From contig CM075992.1 in NCBI GenBank assembly GCA_038087875.1, positions 12,030,001 to 12,094,000 of the forward strand: a DNA stretch of 64,000 nucleotides, in the 5' to 3' direction. Source of the DNA: Malacoraja senta. Taxonomy: Eukaryota. The notes below the pieces were generated by a model. That model saw only the letters and a program-made list of their open reading frames with translations, ran no database searches and was not told the DNA's origin. Shown here piece by piece: positions 50,806-64,000 of the stretch; position 1 is the stretch's first letter; each line of letters begins with the position of its first letter. Made by a program: the position numbers and the translations under genes.

Positions 50806-52819
50806 CCATGTACCCAACATCTACTTCCTCTGCCCTTTCTTTGTGGCACCTGACCATCATGGCTGAGCAAGTGAGAAAAGAGCTGAGCAGACTGCTCTGG
50901 CAAAGCCACGGGTCCTGATGGTGTCAGCCCTAGGGTACTCAAGGTGTGAGCCAGTCAGTTGTGCGGAGTACTCCATATAACATATAACCATATAACAATT
51001 ACAGCACGGAAACAGGCCATCTCGGCCCTTCTAGTCCGTGCCAAACACTTATTCTCACCCAATCCCATCTACCTGCACTCAGACCATACCCCTCCATTCC
51101 TTTCCCGTCCATTTACCTATATACCATATACTCCAGCATATCTTCAACCTGAGCCTTGAGAGGGTTCCTGTGATGTAGAAGACATCCTGCCTGGTTCTTG
51201 TACCAAAGAGGACACAGCCCAAATCCTTCAATGGCTACAGACTGCTGGCCCTGACTTCACACGTCATGAAGTCCCTGGAGAGGCTGGTGCTCACTCACCT
51301 GTGACCCCTGGTTACACCATTCCTGGACCCCCTGCAGTTCGCTTACCAAACAAAGATGGGGGTTGAGGACGCCATCATCCACCTGCTCCATCGGTCGTAT
51401 GTGCAACTGGATAAGCCAGGAAGCAATGTGAGAGTCATGTTTTTTTACTTCTCCAGTGCTTTTACCACCATCCAGCCTGCACTGCTAGGGAGCAAACTGA
51501 TGAGGATGCCGGTGGATACTCCATTGGTGTCCTGGATCACCAACTACCTGACTGGCCGACCACATTGTGACAGGCTATAGAACTGTGTCTCGGACATGGT
51601 AGTGAGCAACACAGGGGCCCCACAAGGGATGGTCCTCTCTCCCTTCCTGTTGACCATTTACACCTTCAGATATAACCCGGACTCCTGCCACCTGCAGAAG
51701 TGTTCGTCTGTCTCTGCAATTGTGGGCTGCATCAGTGAGGGGATGGAAGCTGAATACAGAAGTGTAGTCAATGACTGTTGAATGGTGTGGGCTGAATCAC
51801 TGCAGATACGTACACGGACACAGACGGACACACGGACGGCAATAGGATCAACAAACTCATCAGGAAGGCTGGCTCCATCCTGGAGGTGGAGTTGGATTTA
51901 TGGGAGCTTGTCTTGGAGGGGAGGATGCTCCTCAAACTGTGGAGCATCCTGGACAATACAGCTCACCCCCTCCATGACACACTGGTCAACCTGAGGAGCA
52001 CCTTCAGCAACAGACTGGTTCCACCAAGATGCAGCACAGAATGTCACAGGAGATCCTTGTTCCCTGTGGCTATCAAACTGTACAACTCCTCCCCCTTCGG
52101 TCGTGGGGAAGAGCGAGACTGACTACTCCTGCCTTTTGTTGGTGATGTAAATTCCGGGCAGCAACTCTCATCTACCTGCACGCGATCCACATCCCTTGAT
52201 TCCCTGTACATCCAAAGTCTTTAAATCACTGTTATCATATCTGGCCCCACCACCACCCCTCTCCCCTCCCCCTCCCCTCCCCCCTCCCCCCAGCAGGTTT
52301 CAGGCACCCAACCTGGGCACCCATAGGGGCGGCACGGTGGCGCAGCGGTAGAGTTGCTGCCTCACAGCGCCCAAAGACCCAGGTTCCATCATGACCATGG
52401 GTGCTGTCTGTATGGGCCATTCATCCCATCAAGTCTACTCCACCATTAAATCACGGCTGATCTATCCCTCCCTCCTAACCCCATTCTCCTGCCTTCTCCC
52501 CATAACCCCTAACACCTGTACTAATCAAGAATCTATCTATCTCTGCCTTAGAAATATCCACTGACTTGGCCTCCACAGACATTGTGGCAATGAATTCCAC
52601 AGATTCACCACCCTCTGACTAAAGAAATTCCTCCTCATCTCCTTCCTAAAGGTATGTCCTTTTATTTTGAGGTTGTGCCCTCTGGTCCTGGACTCTCCCA
52701 CTGGTGGAAACATCCTCTCCACATCCACTCCATCCAGGCCTTGCATACTATGTTGTTCAGCTGGAAAGGGTTGAGAGGAGATTTACAAGGATGTTGCCAG
52801 GACTCGAGGGTCTGTAGTC

Positions 52820-53250
52820 AGAATGAGGCCAAATGCAAATTGGGGGAACAGCACCTCATATTTTGCTTGGGCAGCTCGCACCCCAGCGGTATGAATCTAG
52901 ATTTCTCTAACTTCAAGTAACCTGTGCCCTCCCTCTCTCTGTCCCTCCCCCACCCTAGTCATCCTGCTAGTTTCACTGTTCATATAACTTGGTAATCATC
53001 TCTTCCACAGCCAACAATGGACCATTGTGGGCCCCACCTTCTCTTGGCCATCGGTGCCGGCTCCAATTTGTTCTTTGTACCTTTTCATTCCTCTAGTCTC
53101 CCTCTCCCCTGACTCTCAGTCTGAAGAAGGATTTCGACCTGAAACGTCACCCATTCATTCTCTCCAGAGTTGCTTCCTGTCCAGTTGAGTTCCTTCTGCA
53201 TTTTGTGTCTATCTTTGGTGTAAACCACCATCTGCAGTTCCTTCCTGTAC
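52820..53250 (+). mobile_element. Penelope-like 3' end
   Basis: KLGEQHLIFCLGSSHPSGMNLDFSNFK followed by the terminal repeat. Confidence 0.85.
53119..53150 (+). ncRNA. Minimal type I hammerhead ribozyme-like motif in the Penelope terminal repeat
   Basis: gt-CTGAAGA-AGG(atttcga)CCT-GAAAC-GTC-ac: both conserved core boxes, stem II and a palindromic ACGT helix III loop; helix I is only 2 bp by eye. Confidence 0.6.
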
Positions 53251-53252
53251 AT

Positions 53253-53965
53253 GATACTCAACGGGTCTAATTCTGAGGCTATGACCACTAGTCCTAGACT
53301 CTCCTACTAGTGGAAACATCCTCTCCACATCCACTCTATCCAAGCCTTTCACTATTCTGTACGTTTCTATGAGGTCCCCCCTCATTCTTCTAAACTCCAG
53401 CGAGTACAGGCCCAGTGCCGACAAACACTCATCATAGGTTAACCTACTCATTCCTGCCATTATTCCTGTGCAACTCCTCTGGATCCTCTCCAGAGCCAGC
53501 ACATCCTTCCTCAGATATGGTGCCCAAAATTGCTCACAATATTCCAAATGCAGTCTTACCAGCACCTTATAGAGCCTCAGCATGACATCCCTGTTTTTGT
53601 ATACAAGCCCTCTTGAAATAAATGCTTGCATTGAGTTTGCTTTCTTTACTACTGATTCGACTTGCAGATTAACTTTTTGGGTATCCTGCACCAGCATTCC
53701 CATGTCCCTTTGCACCTCTTATTTCTGGATTCTCTCCCCACTTAGAAAATAGTCTACGCCTTTATTCCTATTACCAAAATGCATGACTCCACACTTTGCT
53801 ACACTATATTCCATCTGCCACTTCTCTGTCCACTCTCCCAACCTGTCCAAGTCCTTCTGTAGAGTCCCTGCTTTCTCTACACTACCTGCCCCACCACCTA
53901 TTTTTGTATCATCCACAAACTTGGTCACAAATCCTTCAATCTCCTCGTCCAAATCATTAATATAC
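53253..53965 (-). mobile_element. CR1 RT fragment (3' continuation at about 52415-52745)
   Basis: ORFs 53209..53715 and 53719..53967. Confidence 0.9.
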
Positions 53966-53967
53966 AA

Positions 53968-54215
53968 GAGACCTGGGTTTGATCCCGATTACGGGTGCTG
54001 TCTGTACGGAGTTTGTACGTTCTCCCCGTGACCTGCTTGGGTTTTCTCCGAGATCTTTGGTTTCCTCCCACACACCAAAGACATACAGGTTTGTAGGTTA
54101 ATTGGCTTAGTGTAAGTTAAAATTGTCCCTAGTGTGTGTTAGTGTGCGGGGATCGCTGGTCGGCGCGGACTCGGTGGGCAGAAGGACCTGTTACCGTGCT
54201 GTATCTCCAATCTAA
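53968..54215 (+). mobile_element. HE1/V-SINE-type SINE, 5'-truncated
   Basis: gagacctgggtttgatcccgattacgggtgctgtctgtacggagtttgtacgttctccccgtgacc. Confidence 0.85.
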
Positions 54216-54629
54216 ACATCCTTCCTGTAAAGGGGTGACCACAACTGCACACAAGATTGATGCTGTTGTTAGTCCTTTAGTACAGAGCTGCAGTTTATCC
54301 CTGCCATCAGTAACACTACAGACCATTCTGCAACTACATCTATACTGGCCCATAGATATAAATTACTGAAACTTAATATTTACGGTATTAAGATATTACC
54401 GTATCTTCACCCAAAGTATCAGTGGGGGGTCATGGATTCTGGATGATGGCTATTGCTGATGGAATTTTAATATTGAGCAACAATCATCACTGTGGAAACG
54501 AGGAACTGCAGATGCTGGTTTACAAATGAAGCCACAAAGGACTGGCTCAGTGGTCGTGACTGTGTGAGTGAGGCTGCAAACATCACTCACTCAGTACCAC
54601 TCCTGCATCCGGAGTGAAGCCACTCTCAA

Positions 54630-54930
54630 TTTAGTTTAGTTTAGTTTAGAGATAACGCGCGGAAACAGGCCCTTCGGCCCACCGAGTCCGTGCCGACCAG
54701 CGATCCCCGCACACTAACACTATCCTAGGGACAATTTACATCTATACCAAGACAATTAAATTAATCGACAAACCTGCACTTCTTTGGAGTGTGGGTGGAG
54801 ATCGGAGCACCTGGAGAAACCCCGCGCAGGTCACGGGGAGAACGTACAAACTCCAAAAAGACAGCACCCATAGTCAGGATTGAACCCGGTCCCTGGCGCT
54901 GTCAGGCAGCAACTCTACCGCTGCGCCACC
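54630..54930 (-). mobile_element. HE1/V-SINE-type SINE (mirror copy at about 63507-63805, plus strand)
   Basis: ggtggcgcagcggtagagttgctgcc A-box head, B-box and (AACTA)n tail. Confidence 0.88.
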
Positions 54931-55406
54931 GCAGAAATGGCGCTGCCTGAGACCCGAGTGGCCAGGAGAAGGGGAACTGTCTCTCTCTGTCTCCATGTTT
55001 AGTACGGGTGTCAGGGGTTATGGGGAGAAGGCAGGAGACTGGGGATAGGAGGGAGAGATAGATCAGCCATGATTAAATGGCAGAGTAGACTTGATGGGCT
55101 GAATGGCCTAATTCTGCTTCAATCACTTATGAACAGGACAAGTTTGGATGTCCAGGGTTGTGAAGCTCGTGGGAGTTCTCTAAAGTCCACACTGGGCTGT
55201 GGACTGGGGGATACCAGCTGTGGTACAACGGGGACATGGATCTGCAGGTGTTGGAGACGTTGACTCCACTCATGAACCCGCCGAGAACCAGGTGGGAAGT
55301 CTCCCGCTTCACAAGTCTCCCCGCGCGGTGACTCTGAGATCACCACTGATCGCCACCTCCATGAGATCACACCAGGGGCAAGGACCAGACCCATGGCACC
55401 AGTGCT

Positions 55407-55760
<354 letters not shown>

Positions 55761-56446
55761 ATTCAATTTTCAATTTCAATTCAATTTAACAACTTTAACA
55801 ACTTTATTGGCATGATAAAATACAGCGTTATATTGCCAAAGTATAAAACATGACATACATATTTAAAATGCATCAATATAAATACAAGTATACAGTGCAT
55901 GGATAGATATATCCCTGTACATAAACTCGCAATAGGCCTATAGCCCTTTATTGATTGCTACACGTTCTTGCAGCTGTAAGCAATGCAACAGAATAGCAAG
56001 TTTAGCAATTCAATATTAATTTCATAATGTCAGTTAATGTAAATTAGTGTGTGCATGCAGACGTGCATATTGGTCATTCATCGTCTCTCAGGTTATGACA
56101 TGCTGTTACATATTGTGTACCAAGGTGTGCCGTATTTCCTTCACCAAGGATTATTCTTAGTTTTGATGTATCAGCCAGTTCTTCAAAATCAGGGGTTGCC
56201 AGACTGAGTTTGTCAAAGTAAGTTTTCCTTGATTTGTCAAATTGTTTGCATTTTAGGAGGAAGTGCACCTCTGTTTCAACCTCATCTGTCAAACAGTGGC
56301 CGCATATTCTTTTTTCTCTTGGTTGCCATAATCTTTTCTGTCTTCCTTTTTCAACTGCCAAATATTGGTCAATTAACTTGTATTTGGTGAGGGTCTGTCT
56401 CTGCTTTATGTCTCTAACAGTTGAGAGATATTCTGCCAATTTATAA
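55761..56446 (-). mobile_element. 3' end of the RTE-X-like LINE (mirror copy, cut by the gap)
   Basis: ORF 56074..56439 LTKYKL..LAVEKGR..RICGHC..EVETEVHFLLKC. Confidence 0.8.
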
Positions 56447-56646
56447 NNNNNNNNNNNNNNNNNNNNNNNNNNNNNNNNNNNNNNNNNNNNNNNNNNNNNN
56501 NNNNNNNNNNNNNNNNNNNNNNNNNNNNNNNNNNNNNNNNNNNNNNNNNNNNNNNNNNNNNNNNNNNNNNNNNNNNNNNNNNNNNNNNNNNNNNNNNNNN
56601 NNNNNNNNNNNNNNNNNNNNNNNNNNNNNNNNNNNNNNNNNNNNNN
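56447..56646. other. Assembly gap (200 N)
   Basis: Run of exactly 200 N. Confidence 1.
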
Positions 56647-58127
56647 AATACAAAATAAATGAGTTCATTTCATATAGGCTGCTGGAATATCCAGGGTCTC
56701 TACTCTTCAACCTTCGGGATGAAGACTGGGAACCCTGAGTTCCTAAAGTCTATAGAAAACACTGATATAATGATATTAACAGAAACATGGTACCGGAAGG
56801 ATACGTTCATTCACTGCCCCTCAGGGTACCATGAAGTCATGGTGACCTCAGTAAAAACTACTGATATACGTAAGGGCAGAACCTCTGGGGGGTCTTGGTG
56901 TGGTACAAAGAAGAACTAGACAGTCACATTACATCAATAAAACAGGGGAAATCACATATATGGTTGAAACTAGATAAAACAAATGGAATAACTGGAAAAG
57001 ATACATATCTATGTGCCGCCTACATACCACCAATAGAATCACCATATTTTGAAGAGGATATATTTGAAACTCTCCACATGGAAATCAATCATTTCCAGGC
57101 CCAGGGAAATGTGCTACTATGTGGAGACCTGAATGCAAGGACCGGATGTGAACCCGATTCCATAGACCCACAGGGCAACAACCATGTGTTTGATCAAACC
57201 CCCTTGTATGTCACACCAACTATCATTAACCGGAACAACCTTGACTGTGAAATAAATAAAAGTGGTAGAGAGGTAGTGCATCTCTGTCGAGCCTTGGGCC
57301 TGTACATAGTTAATGGTTGGGTTCAGAGGGGACTCGCTGGAAGGTTTACATATTCCTCAGCTCTTGGGTCTAGCGTGGTAGACTACACAATTACTGACAT
57401 GGACCCTTGCACTATCAGTGCATTCACTGTTAGGCAGCAGTCCCCTCTTTCAGACCATGGCCAAATCAACGTGTACCTAAAATTTCCTGTTCAAACTAAA
57501 GACGTAAAAAAGGAACCCAGTAAGCTGTATAAACTAAATCCGACTTACAGATGGGCTTCAGATAGTGGAGATAAATTCATCATGGCCCTGAACTCACCTG
57601 ATCTCACAAATAAAATACTGAAATTCAAGACAAACCCATATGACACTACTAGAGGGTGTAAACATGGCTATAAAACAAAAGACAAAAAAAAAAGACAAAA
57701 GGAACAAAAGACAAAATTACACTCATAAAAGACTTGAAGAAATTGAAAACTCCATAAATCAAAACCAATTTTGGGATATGTGGAATAACCTGAGCACAAC
57801 AAAACTACAAACATTACCAATTCAAGTCGGCGATATCTGGAGAGCACATTTCAAAAATCTATATAAAGACATCCCAATAAATAAAATAAACTCAAATTAT
57901 TCTCATATCAAAGAAAAACTCCAAACACTAGAAACAATAATTAAAGATTATCAAATCCCTCTTGATCTCCCAATTATTTTGGAAGAATTGACCATAAAAA
58001 TAAAATCTCTTCACTCAAAGAAAGCCTGAGGTCCAGATAGGTCCAGACAGCTCAAATACAGCACTCCCGAGATGCAGGACATAGTGCTTAGGCTGTTCAA
58101 CATCATACTACGTTCAGGTTATTTCCC

Positions 58128-60085
58128 AATATTTACGGTTATAATACAATATATTCAAATAACAAAATATCCCTATATGCCGATGATGTACTACTGTACA
58201 TCACAAAACCACAAATTAGTATACCAAATATATTAAATTTAATTGAGGACTTTGGATCCTTCTCAGGATATAGAATAAATTGGAACAAAAGTGAAATTAT
58301 GTCGATAAAACCAAAAGACTCAACACACCTCAGGAAATTCCCCTTTAAAATAGCTACAGAAAAATTCAAATATTTGGGAATTGAAATTACTAGAAATTAC
58401 CAGGATATGTTTAAAGCCAATTATAATCCCTTACTTAAGAAATTAAATAATTTGATTAAATTCTGGAAAACACTTCCGATGTCCTTAATAGGCAGAATAA
58501 ATGCTATAAAAATGATTTTCTTGCCACAAATCCTATACCTATTTCAATCAATACCTATTTTAAATTGGACTCAGACATTACAAATTTTATATGGATTATA
58601 AATCCCATAGAATACAAAGTGCACACCTTAACAAACGAAAAGAGTTGGGGGGTCTAGCGCTCCCTAACTTTATGTATTATAATTGGGCAGTAAATATTAA
58701 AAATATGATTCACCTGCTGGACAATTCTGCCCAGCAGGCAGACTGGATTGTAATGGAAAAAGGGGACTGCTCCCCGAGTAATATAGGAGCGATTATTCTC
58801 TCTCCAATAAATTTGAATAATAAAAATTATAATAAAAATCCAATTATATATAGCACAATTAGAACATGGAAACAAATAAAACAGAATCTAAAATTAAGAA
58901 ACCTATCTCTCTCAATACCAATAGTCAATAACCCATCGTTTAAACCTTCAATCATAGACAAATCATTTATAGAATGGGAAAGAATGGGAATCAAAACGCT
59001 CGAAGATCTGTATGAATTGGGAAAATTACTATCATTTCAACAACTACATCTGAAATATATTTGAAAACTAACCAATATTTTAAATATCTACAAATTCGTG
59101 ATTATCTGAAAAAATACACAAAAGACTATCATAATATGCCTTCCGATTTACTAGATGAAGCAATGAAGACAAAGGCGGAATCACCTAATCTAATATCGTA
59201 CTTATATAATATCATTTTAAACATAGAAATACCCACAACAGATGGAATTAGAAGAGACTGGGAACAAGAATTAGCTATAAAAATTTCAAAAGAGAGCTGG
59301 GATAATCATTTACTACAGGTGCATAAATGTTCGATCAACGTACGACATACGCTCATCCAATTCAAAATATTACATAGACTATATTATTCAAAAACTAAAT
59401 TAAATAAAATCTTTCCTAATGTTTCACCAATCTGTGATAACTGTCTATGTCAAGAAGCTACCATAGCGCATTCTTTTGTTTTTTGTACAAAAATCCAAAA
59501 ATTCTGGTATGAAATATTGGATATTTTTTCAAAATTAATTAAAATAAAACTGGTACCAAAACCAGAATGGATCATTTTTGGAATAACGGAAGGTATCCCT
59601 GAATTAAACGTGTATCAGAAGAATTTATTCAATTACGGGCTAATAATGGGAAAAAATCTCATACTTAAATTCTGGAAAAATGCGCCCACACCAACAATAA
59701 AAATGTGGACATCAAATATGTTTGAAACATTACATCTGGAAGAGATGAGATTCCTCTTAGCAGGTAAAGCAGACCAATTCCAAAAGACGTGGTCTACGTT
59801 TCTGGACCTATTACAAGCATGAGGTGCAATAGTAATTTAAAAAATAAATAAATAAATAAATAGTATCAGGACCTGGTAATGGGAGGTAAAACAACAAAAA
59901 CAGACTTGGTTGGTAGTCCCTTTTTTGCGATTGTTCCTACTTTCTTTTTCTTTCTTTTCTAGGGTCTACTTTCTTACTTTACTTCCTTCTCTAACTTCTT
60001 TTCTAAGGGGCTTTCTTTTCCCAACACTCTCTTGCACTTCACGACTCTTGCGCACTTTCTTTACTTTTCTTACTTCTATCTTTCT

Positions 60086-60117
<32 letters not shown>

Positions 60118-60134
60118 AATAAAATTTAAAAAAA
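58128..60134 (+). mobile_element. 5'-truncated L1-clade LINE with A-rich tail and 12-bp TSD
   Basis: KISLYADDVLLY..FGSFSGYRINWNKS, GGLALPNF; TSD aggttatttccc at 58116-58127 and 60135-60146. Confidence 0.95.
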
Positions 60135-60647
60135 AGGTTATTTCCCTGATATTTGGTGTCAAGAGCTTATTTCACCCATTTATAAGAGTGGAAACAAATT
60201 AGACCCAAATAATTATCGTGGCATCTGTGTCAGTAGCTGCCTAGGGAAGTTATTCTGCAGTATCATAAATAACAGAATGCGGGATTTCCCTAACAAATAC
60301 AACATTCTCAGTCAAAACCAAATTGGCTTCCTCCCAAAACACCGTACCACTGACCACATATATACCCTCCACACTCTCATTGAAAAACATGTACACCAAG
60401 CAAAAAATTGGAAAATATTTGCCTGTTTTATTGACTTTGAGAAAGCATTTGACTCTATTTGGCATGAAAGGCTTTATTACAAACTCCTCTGTTGTGGTAT
60501 AGGAGGAAAGGTATATGACCTTATCAAATCAATGTATCTGAATAATAAATATGGCGTTAAAATTAGGGACAAACGCACTGATCTCTTCGTCCAGAGAAGA
60601 GGCGTCCGGCAAGGCTGCAATCTGAGCCCGACACTCTTTAATGTATC

Positions 60648-61017
60648 TTAAGGGGTTGGACAGGCTAGATGCAGGAAGATTATTCCCGATGTTGGGGAAG
60701 TCCAGAACTAGGGGTCACAGTTTAAGGATAAAAGGGAAGACTTTTAGGACCGAGATGAGGAAATCGTTTTTTACACAGAGAGTGGTGAATCTGTGGAATT
60801 CCCTGCCACAGAAGGTAGTTGAGGCCAGTTCATTGGCTATATTTAAGAGGGAGTTAGATGTGGCCCTTGTGGCTAAAGGGATCAGGGGGTATGGAGAGAA
60901 GGCAGGGATGGGATACTGAGTTGGATGATCAGCCATGATCATATCAAATGGCGGTGCAGGCTCGAAGGGCCGAATGGCCTACTCCTGCGCCTATTTTCTA
61001 TGTTTCTATGTTTCTAT
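60648..61017 (+). mobile_element. CR1 3' fragment inserted in the RT of the RTE-X-like element
   Basis: ORF 60641..60919; splits LSPTLFNV from INDLA; (TTTCTATG)n tail. Confidence 0.92.
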
Positions 61018-62875
61018 ATCAATGATTTGGCAGTAAAGTTGGACCAGAGCACAGCGCCGGGCCTCTGTCGTCTGGACAGAGAGATAAAATCCCTGTTTTA
61101 TGCGGAAGACTTGGCTCTGCTGTCCCCCACAGAACAGGGACTGCAGCAACAGTTGGACCTACTTGATGAGTACTGACAAAATTGGGCCCTGGCAGTAAAT
61201 CTAAAGAAAACCAACATCATGGTTTTCAGAAAAGACCCAGATGTCAGGAAGATAAATACAAATTTACTCTCAATGGTATTATTATCGAACACACTATGAG
61301 CTATACTTACCTTGGTCTAATGGTTGCATCATCAGGGAGCTTCAATATGGCAGTAAATGCACTAAAAGAGAAAGCTCGAAGAGCCCTGTATGCAATAAAA
61401 AGAAGGTTCTACAACACCCAAATTCCAATTAAAATCTGGCTTAAAATATTTGACAGTGTAATCCAGCCTATTGCGCTTTATGGTAGTGAAGTATGGGTGA
61501 AGTATCAGTCACCATAGTTATAGTAAATGGGAAAAACATACAACGGAGGCCCTGCATGCGGTATTTTGTCGGAACATCCTCCGTATCCAAAGGAAAACAC
61601 CAACAAACGCTTGTAGGGCGGAATTAGGCAGATACCCACTGATAATAAATATCCAGTAAAGAGCACTAAATTTTTGGAATCACCTTAAATCTAGCCCCCC
61701 CGGATACACTCCAGTTTAAAGCTTTTAAAACACAAGAGGGGAGCCCAGAAAAGAGTTCCCTGTGTCAGCTGGTACTGAGACTAACTACCCCTATTCAGTT
61801 AAACCCTGACCAGCCTCAGATCAATACTGATCCCCAATCACCAGTTAGAGTGAACCAAATTATTAAACATTGTAAAGAAACGTATTTGGAACATTGGGAT
61901 AAAGAAACCAAAAGCCAAAGCAGATTAGAATGTTACCGTGCCCTAAAAAGAGATTATAAATTGGCAGAATATCTCTCAACTGTTAGAGACATAAAGCAGA
62001 GGCAGACCCTCACCAAATACAAGTTAATTGACCACTATTTGGCAGTTGAAAAAGGAAGACAGAAAAGATTATGGCAACCAAGAGAAAACAGAATATGTTT
62101 GACAGATGAGGTTGAAACAGGGGTGCACTTCCTCCTAAAATGCAAACAATTTGACAAATCAAGGAAAACTTACTTTGACAAACTCAGTCTGGCAACCCCT
62201 GATTTTGAAGAACTGGCTGATACATCAAAACTAAGAATAATCCTTGGTGAAGGAAATACGGCACACCTTGGTGCACAATATGTAACAGCATGCCATAACC
62301 TGAGAGACGGTGAATGACCAATATGCACGTCTGCATGCACACACTAATTTACATTAACTGACATTATGAAATTAATATTGAATTGCTAAACTTGCTATTC
62401 TGTTGCATTGCTTACAGCTGCAAGAACGTGTAGCAATCAATAAAGGGCTATAGGCCTATTGCGAGTTTATGTACAGGGATATATCTATCCATGCACTGTA
62501 TACTTGTATTTATATTGATGCATTTTAAATATGTATGTCATGTTTTATACTTTGGCAATATAACGATGTATTTTATCATGCCAATAAAGTTGTTAAAGTT
62601 GTTAAATTGAATTGAAATTGAAAATTGAATTGAGAGAGGGGAGAGAGTGAGAGAGAGAGAGGCAGAGAGTGAGAGTGAGAGAGAAATGGAGAGAGGGAAA
62701 TAGTGAGAGCGAGAGAGAGAGAGGGAGAGAGGGAGAGAGAGATGGAGAGAGAATAGAGAGAGATATGGTGAGAGAGAGATGGAGAGAGAGAGAGAGATGG
62801 AGAGAGAGAGAGAGAGAGTAGGGAGATATATAGTGAGAGAGAGACAGAGAGAGAGAGAGGGAGTGAGAGAAAAGG

Positions 62876-62906
<31 letters not shown>

Positions 62907-62923
62907 TAGAGACACAGTCACAG

Positions 62924-63016
<93 letters not shown>

Positions 63017-64000
63017 GAGAGAGGGAGCTCAGCACTGGTGCCATGGGTCTGGTCCTTGCCCCTGGTGTGATCTCATGGAGGTGGCGATCAGTGGTGATCT
63101 CAGAGTCACCGCGCGGGGAGACATGTGAAGGGGGAGACTTCCCGCCTGGTTCTCGGCGGGTTCATGAGTGGAGTCAACATCTCCAACACCTGAAGATCCA
63201 TGTCCCCGTTGTACCACAGCTGGTATCCCCCAGTCCACAGCCCAGTGTGGACTTTAGAGAACTCCCACGAGCTTCACAACCCTGGACATCCAAACTTGTC
63301 CTGTTCATAAGTGATTGAAGCAGAATTAGGCCATTCAGCCCATCAAGTCTACTCTGCCATTTAATCATGGCTGATCTATCTCTCCCTCCTATCCCCAGTC
63401 TCCTGCCTTCTCCCCATAACCCCTGACACCCGTACTAAACATGGAGACAGAGAGAGAGAGTTCCCCTTCTCCTGGCCACTTGGGTCTCAGGCAGCACCAT
63501 TTCTGTGGTGGCGCAGCGGTAGAGTTGCTGCCTGACAGCGCCAGGGACCGGGTTCAATCCTGACTCCGGATCTGTCTTTTTGGAGTTTGTACGTTCTCCC
63601 CGTGACCTGCGCGGGGTTTCTCCAGGTGCTCCGATCTCCACCCACACTCCAAAGAAGTGCAGGTTTGTTGATAAATTTAATTGTCTTGGTATAGTTGTAA
63701 ATTGTCCCTAGGATAGTGTTAGTGTGCAGGGATCGCTGGTCGGCGCGGACTCGGTGGGCTGAAGGGCCTGTTTCCGCGCGTTATCTCTAAACTAAACTAA
63801 ACTAAATTGAGAGTGGCTTCACTCTGGATGCAGGAGTGGTACTGAGTGAGTGATGTTTGCAGCCTCACTCACACAGCCACGACCACTGAGCCAGTCCTTT
63901 GTGGCTTCATTTGTAAACCAGCATCTGCAGTTCCTCGTTTCTACAGTGATGATTGTTGCTCAATATTAAAATTCCATCAGCAATAGCCATCATCCAGAAT

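Larger units (their letters stand above)
48714..52110 (+). mobile_element. Rex1/Babar-clade LINE with GC-rich leader, interrupted by CR1 and hairpin insertions
   Basis: LKARLRQGKDDYREKLE..NNMRDVW (about 49130-49320); LDPLQFAY..GVEDAII..MFFYFSSAFTTI and GAPQGMVLSPFL (about 51240-51780). Confidence 0.8.
56659..62632 (+). mobile_element. APE-RT non-LTR retrotransposon, probably RTE-X clade; near full-length ORF2 with nested L1 and CR1
   Basis: CWNIQGL..ILTETW, CGDLNART, SDH (APE); QIGF..TTDHIYTL..FIDFEKAFDS, GVRQGCNLSPTLFN, YAEDL (RT); ELGRYPL and C-terminal Cys/His; AATAAA plus (AATTG)n tail. Clade call is from motif recall. Confidence 0.75.

Noticed and set aside
52326..52415. tRNA gene
   Set aside because: The tRNA-like A/B boxes run into SINE body sequence, so it is a SINE head.
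54391..54403. agatattaccgta shared with 8309-8321 near both palindromes
   Set aside because: A 13-bp match with no flanking homology, compatible with chance.

Overview
Eukaryotic, transposon-saturated genomic DNA, most likely from an elasmobranch (shark, skate or ray), inferred from HE1/V-SINE-type tRNA SINEs and abundant CR1/HER1-type LINEs. The only host gene I recognise is a minus-strand adhesion GPCR of the ADGRE (EMR/CD97)-like type, seen as four spliceable exons (48246-48365, 36154-36354, 13874-14094, 8701-8760). It looks pseudogenised: I found no GPS exon, the ECL2 Cys is Ser, and the last exon is frameshifted. The rest is a layered TE record: CR1, L1, Rex1/Babar, RTE-X-like and Penelope retroelements, a structurally complete but decayed DIRS1-type element (24307-29141) and a Helitron-like end. 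There are also ~115-220 bp palindromic Penelope-derived elements with TSDs and hammerhead-ribozyme-like cores; one is a chimera marking a tandem-duplication breakpoint. Both 200-N gaps are flanked by inverted copies of neighbouring sequence, which are either real palindromes or assembly artefacts. I saw no CRISPR, rRNA or prokaryote-type system. TE boundaries and identities are by-eye estimates.
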